Origin: Candidatus Nanopusillus sp.
GTDB taxonomy: Archaea > Nanobdellota > Nanobdellia > Nanobdellales > Nanobdellaceae
Length of the DNA: 32,000 bases
Direction of reading: 5' to 3'
NCBI GenBank assembly: GCA_028275885.1
Contig: JAPWTW010000002.1
Location: forward strand, 53,256 to 85,255
Shown: one piece after another, positions 15,598 to 23,281 of the stretch
Position numbering within the stretch: the first letter of the stretch is position 1
Layout of the letters: each line of letters opens with the position of its first letter
Made by a program: the position numbers and the translations under genes
The notes under the pieces: generated by a model
What the model was told of the DNA's origin: nothing
The model's input: only the letters and a program-made list of their open reading frames with translations
Database searches by the model: none

Positions 15598-16848
15598 TTA
15601 TATATAATATGCTGGAATAATATATACTTTTGTGTTATAAATTTCTTTTATCTCAAATTCATTTAAGGTTACTATTAATCCCTTTTCAGGATTATATCTC
15701 TTAATAAACGTATAAAAACCTTTATTAATTCTTCTAGATGTTTTTACTTCTATTAGAATAATTTTATCCCCTTTTGTTAAAATAAAATCTATTTCTGCCT
15801 TTCCAGTTGTCCTCCAATAATTTATTTTCCAATCTGAAAAATTTTTTAGCAATTCAATATAAACAAAATTTTCTAATAATTGTCCTTTATCCGTTCTTTT
15901 ATCATATTCTAAAAAATTATCTATAACAGAATTTCTTAAGCCTAGATCTATAAAATATATTTTCTTAGCTTTCTTTAATTCTGTTATAATATTTTTATGA
16001 AAGGGTTCAATTAAATCTATTATGTATGTATGCCTTAATATTGTTATATAATTTTCAGTTTTTCTATAACTTATTTTTAATTCTTTAGAAATTGAAGAAA
16101 TATACAAAATGTTTCCTATTATAAAGGATAAATATCTAGTAAGATCTATAAATTTTGAAGAATCATAGATGTGGAAAAAGTTTATAATATCTTTTTCAAT
16201 ATATAAATTATATAGATTTTTTAATAATATTTTCTTTTCTTCTAAATCTTTTGCTATAACAACTTCTGGATATCCTCCATATATTAAATATTCTTTTAAA
16301 TATTTTATTATTTCTTCATTAAAAGAGGGCTTTTTAATTTCATTATCATTTTCTAAAAATTCTCTTAAAGATTCTCTCTTTTCTTTTACTAAATTTGCAA
16401 GTCCTTTATCTTTTGATAATAAAAATTCATAGAAATTAAAAGGATATAAAGTAAATAATATTAATCTTCCAACTAAATCTGGAAGTATTTTCGTATTAAT
16501 TTCTAATGTTGAAGATCCAGATATAAAAATTTTAATATCGTTAAAATTATCATATATTATTTTTAATATTTTTCCACCATCCTTTAATTTTTGAATCTCA
16601 TCTAAAAAAAGAAATAATTTCTTATCATTTTTATATCTTTTAATAAAATCTATATAATTTTCTTCAAAATTTTTTCTATACTCATCTATATACATATCAA
16701 TATATACTTTATTTTCATTGATTTTTTCGTAAATATTTTTTAATAATGTTGTTTTCCCAGCTTATCTAGGTCCTCTTATTCCAATTATTTCCTTTCTTCT
16801 AATAAATTTATTTATTTTTTCTTCTATTTCTCTATTTATGTATTTCAT
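15598..16848 (-). pseudogene. COG1373-type AAA ATPase (AAA_14 + DUF4143 + C-terminal nuclease-like fold) with an in-frame TAA inside the Walker A motif
   Basis: The minus strand from ATG 16848 reads MKYINREIEEKINKFIRRKEIIGIRGPR*AGKTTLLKNIYEK... and runs in frame into the listed 365-aa ORF. The stop is at 16762-16764. Downstream motifs are LFLDEIQ, ISGSSTLE, YGGYPEV and EIDFILTKGDKIILIEVK. Confidence 0.75.
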
Positions 16849-16953
16849 AATAACTCTATTATTTTTTCAATCTTTATAAAAATAACTCTATTATTTTGTC
16901 AAAATATAATTTAAATATTAAATATTTTTTAAGTATGAAAATAACTATTATTT
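16849..16953. promoter_or_regulatory. divergent promoter region with a perfect 17-nt direct repeat AATAACTCTATTATTTT (16849-16865 and 16881-16897) plus a degenerate third copy (16940-16953)
   Basis: Read directly from the sequence. Each copy contains the inverted half-sites AATAA-N5-TTATT. The TATA-like TTTATAAA (16873-16880) sits between copies 1 and 2. Copy 3 abuts the AOR start codon. Confidence 0.55.
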
Positions 16954-18858
16954 ATGGTTTATGGATATATGAGAAAAGTTTTAAGAGTGAATTTAACTGA
17001 GGAGAAAGTTTCTATAGAACCTTTACCTTCAGAAGATATATTAAGAAAATGGTTGGGGGGTAGAGGGATTGGCACATATTATATAATAAAGGAAGTACCA
17101 CCCAACATAGATCCTTTAAGCCCTGAAAACAAATTAGTTATTGCTACAGGACCTGTAACTGGAATTGCTGGAATTCCAACTGCTGGAAGATGGTCTATTA
17201 TTACAAAATCTCCAATAACAAACACAATTTATGAAGGAAATGCTGGAGGTAAATTTGGTGCAGAATTAAAATTTTCAGGTTTTGATTTTATAATAATTGA
17301 AGGAAAAGCAAATAGACCAGTATATTTATGGATATATAATGGAAAAGCAGAAATAAGAGATGCAAAACATCTATGGGGAAAAACAGTTTACCAAACTGTA
17401 GATTTAATCAGAGAAGAATTATCATCAATTGTAGGAAAAGATGATGCAAAAAATATTAAGGTAATTAGCATAGGACCTGCAGGTGAAAAATTAGTTAAAA
17501 TAGCAGCAGTAATGGAAGATAAAGGAAAAGGTGCTGTTGGAAGGGGAGGAATTGCAGCAGTATTTGGAAGTAAGAATTTAAAGGCAATTGCTGTAAGGGG
17601 GAATTTAAAACCTCAAATTGCAAATCAAGAAAAATTTAGAGAAGTTATCTTAAAATCTTCACAATTTGTAAGAAATTCTGCTATTACATCTGTAATATTG
17701 CCAAAATATGGAACTGCGGGATTCTTAGCAAAGGCTTTAGGAGAAAAAGGTATGATACCTGTAAAAAATTATCAAACAAATGTATTTCCAGATTTTAGTA
17801 AATTATCTGGAGAAACAATTGTAAAAGAATATTTGGATCAAGAAAAAACAAGAGAATCAATATGCTGGGGATGTCCAATAGGATGTAAAAAATATACAAA
17901 GGTCGATAAACCACTATTTACTACAGAGGGAGATGGTCCAGAATATATGGGTATATGGGGATTTGGATATAATCTAAATAATGATAATTTACCTTCTGTT
18001 TTAAGAGCTTATCATTTATGTAATGAGTTAGGTTTAGATATAGTTGGAACAGGTCATGTTATTGGAACATTTATTGAATTGGTTGAAAAGGGAAAAATAC
18101 CAAAAGAAAAATTGGAAGGATTAAAAGTTAATTGGGGAGATCCAGAATTAATTATTGAATTAATATATAGAATTGCAAATAGAATTGGAATTGGAGATGA
18201 TTTATCAGAAGGTACAAGGGAATTTGCAAAAAAATATAATTCGGAAGAATATGCAATGGTAAATAAAAGGGGAATGCCTTTATTTGGTTTTGATCCTAGG
18301 GGAGCACAAGGTTATGGATTATGGTATGCAACAAGTAATACAGGTGATTATGATCAACTTGGATTATTTAAAGAAGTTACAGAACCAACGTATTTAGGAA
18401 ATAATAATATTAATAGATTTGAAACAAGAGGAAAGGGAGAATTAATAAAAAAAGAGCAAGATTTAGCTGCAGTAATTGATAGTATGATTTTATGCAGATT
18501 TTCAAGATATGCATTAAATGAGGAAATATATGCTGAACAATTATCTTCAATTACTGGATGGAATATTAACTCCCAAGAATTATTAAAAATTGGGGAAAGG
18601 ATATGGAATGCAGAAAGAGTATATAATATTTTAGTATTTGGAGATAACTCAGAATATGATAATTTACCAAAAAGATTCTTAGAGGAACCATTTAAAGAAG
18701 GACCTTCTGCGGGTTATGTAGTAAAAATTGGCGAAATGTTACCTGAGTATTATAAAGCAAGGGGTTGGATAAATGGAAGACCTACAAGAGAAAAATTAGA
18801 AGAATTGGATTTAAAATGGTTAGCAGATATTTTAGAGGAGAAACATCTATTACCTTAA
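16954..18858 (+). CDS. aor: tungsten-type aldehyde:ferredoxin oxidoreductase (AOR family)
   Basis: 634 aa, collinear with Pyrococcus-type AOR. Matching segments include VLRVNLT...KWLGGRGIGTYY...DPLSPENKLVIATGPVTG, GGKFGAELKFSGFDFIIIEGKA, GPAGEKLVKIAAVM, CWGCPIGC, EGPEYMGIWGFG, LPKRFLEEP and YYKARGW. Confidence 0.92.
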   Translation: MVYGYMRKVLRVNLTEEKVSIEPLPSEDILRKWLGGRGIGTYYIIKEVPPNIDPLSPENKLVIATGPVTGIAGIPTAGRWSIITKSPITNTIYEGNAGGKFGAELKFSGFDFIIIEGKANRPVYLWIYNGKAEIRDAKHLWGKTVYQTVDLIREELSSIVGKDDAKNIKVISIGPAGEKLVKIAAVMEDKGKGAVGRGGIAAVFGSKNLKAIAVRGNLKPQIANQEKFREVILKSSQFVRNSAITSVILPKYGTAGFLAKALGEKGMIPVKNYQTNVFPDFSKLSGETIVKEYLDQEKTRESICWGCPIGCKKYTKVDKPLFTTEGDGPEYMGIWGFGYNLNNDNLPSVLRAYHLCNELGLDIVGTGHVIGTFIELVEKGKIPKEKLEGLKVNWGDPELIIELIYRIANRIGIGDDLSEGTREFAKKYNSEEYAMVNKRGMPLFGFDPRGAQGYGLWYATSNTGDYDQLGLFKEVTEPTYLGNNNINRFETRGKGELIKKEQDLAAVIDSMILCRFSRYALNEEIYAEQLSSITGWNINSQELLKIGERIWNAERVYNILVFGDNSEYDNLPKRFLEEPFKEGPSAGYVVKIGEMLPEYYKARGWINGRPTREKLEELDLKWLADILEEKHLLP

Positions 18859-18895
18859 TTTTTAAAAATTTAAAATAAATAAAAACTTTAAATTT

Positions 18896-19090
18896 TTATG
18901 CTTGTAATTTATCTCCTACTTTCTTTATAGATCCTTCTCTTAATAGTCTTGATACTAATGCTTTTATAACTCTAACTCTTGTTCTTGGTCTTTTAGATTT
19001 TACTGCTTTTATTACTTCATCAACAGTTTTTGGAGTTTTTAATAATTCCAATAAAAGTTCTTTTAGTGTTTTTCTTCTTCTAGCTGCCAT
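18896..19090 (-). CDS. small basic protein, probably winged-helix DNA-binding
   Basis: 64 aa, R/K-rich: MAARRRKTLKELLLELL-KTPKTVDEVIKAV...LVSRLLREGSIKKVGDKL looks like a helix-turn-helix plus wing. I recognise no specific family. Confidence 0.45.
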   Translation of the reverse strand: MAARRRKTLKELLLELLKTPKTVDEVIKAVKSKRPRTRVRVIKALVSRLLREGSIKKVGDKLQA

Positions 19091-19179
19091 ATATTAATAT
19101 TGTTAAAATTAATTTATAAATTTATATCAATAATTTTTAAAATATTTTTTTATTTTATATTTCTAAAATATTTTATATT

Positions 19180-19914
19180 ATGGATACTAAAATAAAAGAA
19201 TTAATAAATAAATCTAATATATTGCTTGAAATATTGGATGCAAGGTTTCCAAAATTATGTAGAATAAGATATATAGAAAAATATATAAAAAATAAAAATA
19301 AAGACCTAATATTAGTTCTGAATAAATCTGATTTAGTAAGTGAAGATTTTCTAAAAAAAGTGGTAGAAGAATTTAGCAAGGAATATACAACAGTATATAT
19401 GTCAGCAATATATAGAAAAGGAAGTAGAAAGTTAAGAGAAGCAATAAAAAAAGTTGGGAAAAAATATGAAAAAGCATATATTGGAGTAGTTGGATATCCA
19501 AATACTGGAAAATCTTCAATAATAAATATATTGGTTGGAAGAAGGAGTGTTGGTACTTCTCCAAAACCAGGATTTACAAAACATTTACAAATAATTAGAT
19601 TATCTAGAAAATATTATTTAATAGATTCTCCAGGTATTGTTGAAACAAAAAATAAATATCTATTGACAATTTTGGGAGCATATGATGTAGATAAATTAGA
19701 ATATCCTGAAAAAGCAGTTTTATATTTATATAAAAAGATAGGTAAAAAACCATTTGAAGAATATTATAATATAAATATAGAAAATATAAAAGATTTATTT
19801 ATTAAATTAAGAGAAAAATACAATATAAAGAAAGATTCTGATTGGATAAAAAGGGTTTCAAGGATTATATTATATGATTGGCAAAAAGGAAAAATAAGAG
19901 CTTTTTTCTTTTAA
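19180..19914 (+). CDS. circularly permuted GTPase (YlqF/RbgA / nucleostemin-like ribosome biogenesis GTPase)
   Basis: 244 aa. G4 (LVLNKSDL) precedes G1 (GVVGYPNTGKSSIIN), and G3 is LIDSPGIV. This permuted motif order is characteristic of the YlqF/YawG family. Confidence 0.8.
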   Translation: MDTKIKELINKSNILLEILDARFPKLCRIRYIEKYIKNKNKDLILVLNKSDLVSEDFLKKVVEEFSKEYTTVYMSAIYRKGSRKLREAIKKVGKKYEKAYIGVVGYPNTGKSSIINILVGRRSVGTSPKPGFTKHLQIIRLSRKYYLIDSPGIVETKNKYLLTILGAYDVDKLEYPEKAVLYLYKKIGKKPFEEYYNINIENIKDLFIKLREKYNIKKDSDWIKRVSRIILYDWQKGKIRAFFF

Positions 19915-19966
19915 CCGCGGTGTCACCAGCTTCATACTCAGAGTCCCTCATTGATCTGGAGGTGCG
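19915..19966 (+). other. GC-rich island (about 58% GC over 52 nt) of unknown function; possibly a structured RNA
   Basis: CCGCGGTGTCACCAGCTTCATACTCAGAGTCCCTCATTGATCTGGAGGTGCG starts directly after the GTPase stop codon. A 9-bp helix (19920-19929 with 19956-19965) has three G:U pairs, which are only possible in a plus-sense transcript. A T6 run follows at 19984-19989. Confidence 0.3.
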
Positions 19967-20006
19967 ATAATAATTATATATATTTTTTGAAATTATAAAA
20001 TTATAT

Positions 20007-20055
20007 ATGAAGAAATCGGTGTCGACTGAAAGATGATGAAAAGAGGGTATTCAGA
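20007..20055 (+). ncRNA. candidate box C/D sRNA (49 nt)
   Basis: The layout is ATGAAGA (C) - 12 nt AATCGGTGTCGA - CTGA (D') - AAG - ATGATGA (C') - 12 nt AAAGAGGGTATT - CAGA (D). The spacing matches the archaeal 12-nt guide architecture exactly. The two deviations from consensus (C position 5 U>A and D position 2 U>A) fall on the two bases that oppose each other in the K-turn. Confidence 0.45.
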
Positions 20056-20997
20056 TTATAAAAATTCTGATATAATTATTGGCAATATAATTGTTATATC
20101 TCCCCATATATTTACATGTTTTGCATTTTTTTTAATTTTTTTCCAAGTTATTGCTTCTTTTGTTTTTGCTCCAGATAAACTTCCATCTAATTCATTTGCA
20201 GAACTAATATATATTGCATATTCTAATCCTCCAGCAAATTGAGCCCACCATATTGTATGATGTTTTGATATTCCTCCTCCTAAAATTAATGCTCCTACCT
20301 TTTTTTCTCCAAAGAATTTTGATGCTAAAAATTTTTCATCTTCCCATACAGATACTTGTATGTCGGGATAGTCATATTCTTTCATTAATATTTGTGTTCC
20401 AACTGCACCATCTGTAATTCCAGGTACAATTATTGGTATATTATTTTTATATGACCAATATATTATACTTTCCCCCTTCTTATCAAATTTCTCTAATCTT
20501 TTCCCAATTTCGAATATTAATTCATAAGTAGATATTAAATTTTTATTTTTATTTTTTAATTCTCTAAATATATCATCTAAAATTGGTCTTAATGTATTTT
20601 CAATTGCTATACCATAATTTTCTTCTGGTATATAAATATTTCCTAACCTCAATATACCTTCTTCCCTTAATTTTATATCGTCAGAGTCAAAATATCCTAA
20701 ATAATAATCCTTTGTTAATCTTGCAATATCATGATCTAATGTTCCAGCTGTTGTAATAATTATATCAAATAATTTATTTTTAATAATATCTTTAATTATA
20801 CCCCTTATTCCAGTTGCAATAATATCTGCAGGAAAACTTAATACTTTAATTACATTCTTATCGTTTAGCATTTCTTTTAATATTTCATATCCTCTATATA
20901 ATTCTTGAGCTTGAAATCCTCCTATATATTTAAATTGCTCTATTAAGTCTCTTATTTTCATATCTTTATTTATTTTTAAATCTCTTACTGGATCCAT
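20056..20997 (-). CDS. dys: deoxyhypusine synthase
   Basis: 313 aa. IGGFQAQELYRGYEIL, ITTAGTLDHDI and LGGGISKHHTIWWAQFAGGLEYAIYISSANELDGSLSGAKTKEAITWKKI give a strong DHS pattern. Confidence 0.9.
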   Translation of the reverse strand: MDPVRDLKINKDMKIRDLIEQFKYIGGFQAQELYRGYEILKEMLNDKNVIKVLSFPADIIATGIRGIIKDIIKNKLFDIIITTAGTLDHDIARLTKDYYLGYFDSDDIKLREEGILRLGNIYIPEENYGIAIENTLRPILDDIFRELKNKNKNLISTYELIFEIGKRLEKFDKKGESIIYWSYKNNIPIIVPGITDGAVGTQILMKEYDYPDIQVSVWEDEKFLASKFFGEKKVGALILGGGISKHHTIWWAQFAGGLEYAIYISSANELDGSLSGAKTKEAITWKKIKKNAKHVNIWGDITIILPIIISEFL

Positions 20998-21025
20998 TTA
21001 TAAAATTTAAATAAAAAATTTTAAA

Positions 21026-21355
21026 ATGGATTATATAACAATAGATGAATTTTCAAAAGTAAAATTGGTTGTTGGAAGGATTATAGATGTACAAGATCAT
21101 CCAAATGCAGATAGGTTATATATATTAAAAGTTGATTTGGGAAATGAAATAAGACAAATTGTATCTGGAATAAAACAATGGTATAAAAAGGAAGAATTAT
21201 TAAATAAGAAAATAATAATTGTTTATAATTTGCAACCAAAAAGTTTTAGAGGAGTAGAATCTCAAGGAATGCTATTAGCTGCAGAGGATGGGAATGGTAA
21301 TTTATCATTATTAACTGTTGATAGAGATATAAAAGAAGGATCTTATGTTCATTAA
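21026..21355 (+). CDS. stand-alone tRNA-binding domain protein (Trbp111/CsaA / MetRS C-terminal-like)
   Basis: 109 aa. VGRIIDVQDHPNADRLYILKVDLG...QIVSGI...LQPKSFRGVESQGMLLAAED is the EMAP/OB tRNA-binding fold signature. Confidence 0.85.
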   Translation: MDYITIDEFSKVKLVVGRIIDVQDHPNADRLYILKVDLGNEIRQIVSGIKQWYKKEELLNKKIIIVYNLQPKSFRGVESQGMLLAAEDGNGNLSLLTVDRDIKEGSYVH

Positions 21356-21361
21356 TAAAAT

Positions 21362-22642
21362 TTAATCATTATTAAAGTTAAAGAATTCGTAAGAACTTCT
21401 TTCATTTATTTCTCCAGCAATGTTTGTTAAAAACATTTTTTTAACTTCTTCATAATTTTCTGTATGTCCCAAAACATACATTAATTTTACATATGCTGTC
21501 TCTGGATGCATATCTTCTGCATATATAACTCCCAAATTATATAATAATCTTGCATTACTATATACAAAAGGATTTGTCCTTCCAAATATTGTTTGAGATG
21601 TCATAACAAATATTGTACCTTTTTCTATTCCATATTTTATATTTTCGATCCATGAATATTTTTTATCTGTTGGATTTGTTGGTACATGTCCAAAACCAGT
21701 CCCTTCTATTACAATTCCTTTGTAATTTTTATCTACATAATATTTTATTATATCAGGGTCTGAACCAGGATATGTTTTTATTAATGCAACTTTTTTACAT
21801 AATTTATCATCTAAATAAGGATTATTATTATTCCTTTTTCTATAATTATTGTCAATTATTTCAATCTTTTTATTATATGGAAATATCTTTGCTAATGGTA
21901 AAGAATTTATTGATTGAAATGCATCTCTCCTTTCTGTATGCATTTTTCTAACCTTTGTTCCTCTATGTGCATATGAAAAACTATCAGAACTACTTCCATG
22001 CATTACAACTGCTATTTCTGCTATATCAGAATTATCATATACTGCAGAGGATAATAAATTAAAAAATGCATCTGAAGATGGTCTATCAGAAGATCTTTGT
22101 GATCCAGTAATTGAAACTGGTTTATTTAAATTTTTTACAATAAAAGATAGTGCTGCTGATGTATAGTGCATAGTATCAGTTCCATGTAAAATTGTTACTC
22201 CATTTACATCATCATTTAATAATTTTATCAATATTTTTCCAATTTCTATCCAATTATCTGGTATCATATCTTCTGAAGCGATTGAAAATGGTATCTCTAT
22301 ATTTTTAATTTCAACATAATCTAATAGATCTGGTGCAAGATCGATTAATTCTTCAGGTTTAGTTAACATATGGACCCCGCCAGTTCTATAGTCTATCTTT
22401 GATAATATTGTTCCACCAGTAGCCAATATTGATATTTTATTATTCTTATTTTCTAATTTTTTATATTCTCTATTTTCATATTTTGATTCTATTTCTTCTT
22501 TATTTAATTCTAGAATATCGTCATTCTTTATCCCAATATTATAACCATTCTTTAATTTTATTATTATAAATTCTGATGTTTCATTTACTAAATAACCCTC
22601 AAATATTTTGTTATCTTTTGTCTTTATTCTTGCATATTTCAT
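21362..22642 (-). CDS. gatD: Glu-tRNA(Gln) amidotransferase subunit D (GatD)
   Basis: 426 aa. An N-terminal GatD-specific domain is followed by an asparaginase-like domain (ISILATGGTILSKIDYRTGGV, TILHGTDTMHYT, GIVIEGTGFGHVP). Confidence 0.9.
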   Translation of the reverse strand: MKYARIKTKDNKIFEGYLVNETSEFIIIKLKNGYNIGIKNDDILELNKEEIESKYENREYKKLENKNNKISILATGGTILSKIDYRTGGVHMLTKPEELIDLAPDLLDYVEIKNIEIPFSIASEDMIPDNWIEIGKILIKLLNDDVNGVTILHGTDTMHYTSAALSFIVKNLNKPVSITGSQRSSDRPSSDAFFNLLSSAVYDNSDIAEIAVVMHGSSSDSFSYAHRGTKVRKMHTERRDAFQSINSLPLAKIFPYNKKIEIIDNNYRKRNNNNPYLDDKLCKKVALIKTYPGSDPDIIKYYVDKNYKGIVIEGTGFGHVPTNPTDKKYSWIENIKYGIEKGTIFVMTSQTIFGRTNPFVYSNARLLYNLGVIYAEDMHPETAYVKLMYVLGHTENYEEVKKMFLTNIAGEINERSSYEFFNFNND

Positions 22643-22701
22643 AAAAGATTTTATATAAAAAAAATATTTTAACTTTTTATAAAAACAATATTAACAAAAA
22701 T

Positions 22702-22995
22702 TTACCCTAGAGGATATATATAATTAGTTCCATTTATATTACATATAATGTTTGTTAAATTATAATAGCAATTTACATATGGTTGATTTATACTATTCAA
22801 ATAACATTGAGAGAAATTATAAACCTGTCCAAGAAATGCATAATTCATCATATTTTGTGCACAATCTGCATATGCAATAATATTTGAATCCATATGAATA
22901 ATATCTGTTGATAAATATTGAGTAGTAGCTACTATTGATGCTGCTATAATTAATGCTGGTAATATAAACATTGGCAAGGTAGATTCTAACTTCAT
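22702..22995 (-). CDS. small secreted/membrane-anchored Cys- and N/Y-rich protein
   Basis: 97 aa. An N-terminal hydrophobic segment (LPMFILPALIIAASIVATT) is followed by an N/Y/C-rich domain with NFS, NLT and NGT. Its composition resembles the small proteins at 9284-10508. Confidence 0.5.
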   Translation of the reverse strand: MKLESTLPMFILPALIIAASIVATTQYLSTDIIHMDSNIIAYADCAQNMMNYAFLGQVYNFSQCYLNSINQPYVNCYYNLTNIICNINGTNYIYPLG

Positions 22996-23281
22996 AATAA
23001 TAATAGTTATAGTAATTTTTATAAATCTTATATTTTTTGTTTATCTTATAATTTACTTAATAGTAATTGTTTATATAATACTTAAAAATTTATCTATTAA
23101 TGATTATCTTAACATGATTTTTTTTACTATTTAGAGAAATCTGTTAGATATTCATATAATTTATATATTTAATTATTTTATGTTAAAAACTATCTTAAAT
23201 TTATGAAAATTCACTAAAATCTTCAAAAAACACTATTTTTTTATAGAAATATTTTTAATATATGAAATGCCATAACTATAA

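Noticed and set aside
14633-15612. Fixed-distance tRNA promoters: a shared TA(A/T)AACTT-like motif about 18-28 nt upstream of both tRNAs, taken as evidence for leaderless tRNA transcription.
   Set aside because: The motif positions differ by about 4 nt between the two genes, and such A/T strings are expected by chance in this composition. I kept it only as a weak remark in the tRNA finding.
15026-16764. The idea that TAA is reassigned or read through in this organism, because two conserved genes carry in-frame TAA codons.
   Set aside because: TAA is the normal terminator of many well-delimited genes here (for example L5 at 611-613, L32e, GluRS, ligase and L7Ae), at the expected C-termini. 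In addition, uppS carries a frameshift. Pseudogenisation or sequence error is the simpler explanation.
19915-19966. The GC island as a tRNA, an intron-containing tRNA or a Nanoarchaeum-style split tRNA half.
   Set aside because: Neither strand has a T-loop (GTTCRAATC), a D-loop GG pattern, or a plausible 7-bp acceptor plus anticodon stem-loop. I could not fit a half-tRNA with a 3' or 5' GC-rich leader.
22996-23281. The long AT-rich spacer upstream of ftsZ, considered as a replication origin.
   Set aside because: There are no ORB-like G-string/dyad repeats and no adjacent orc1/cdc6 gene. The AT-richness is not distinctive in this genome.
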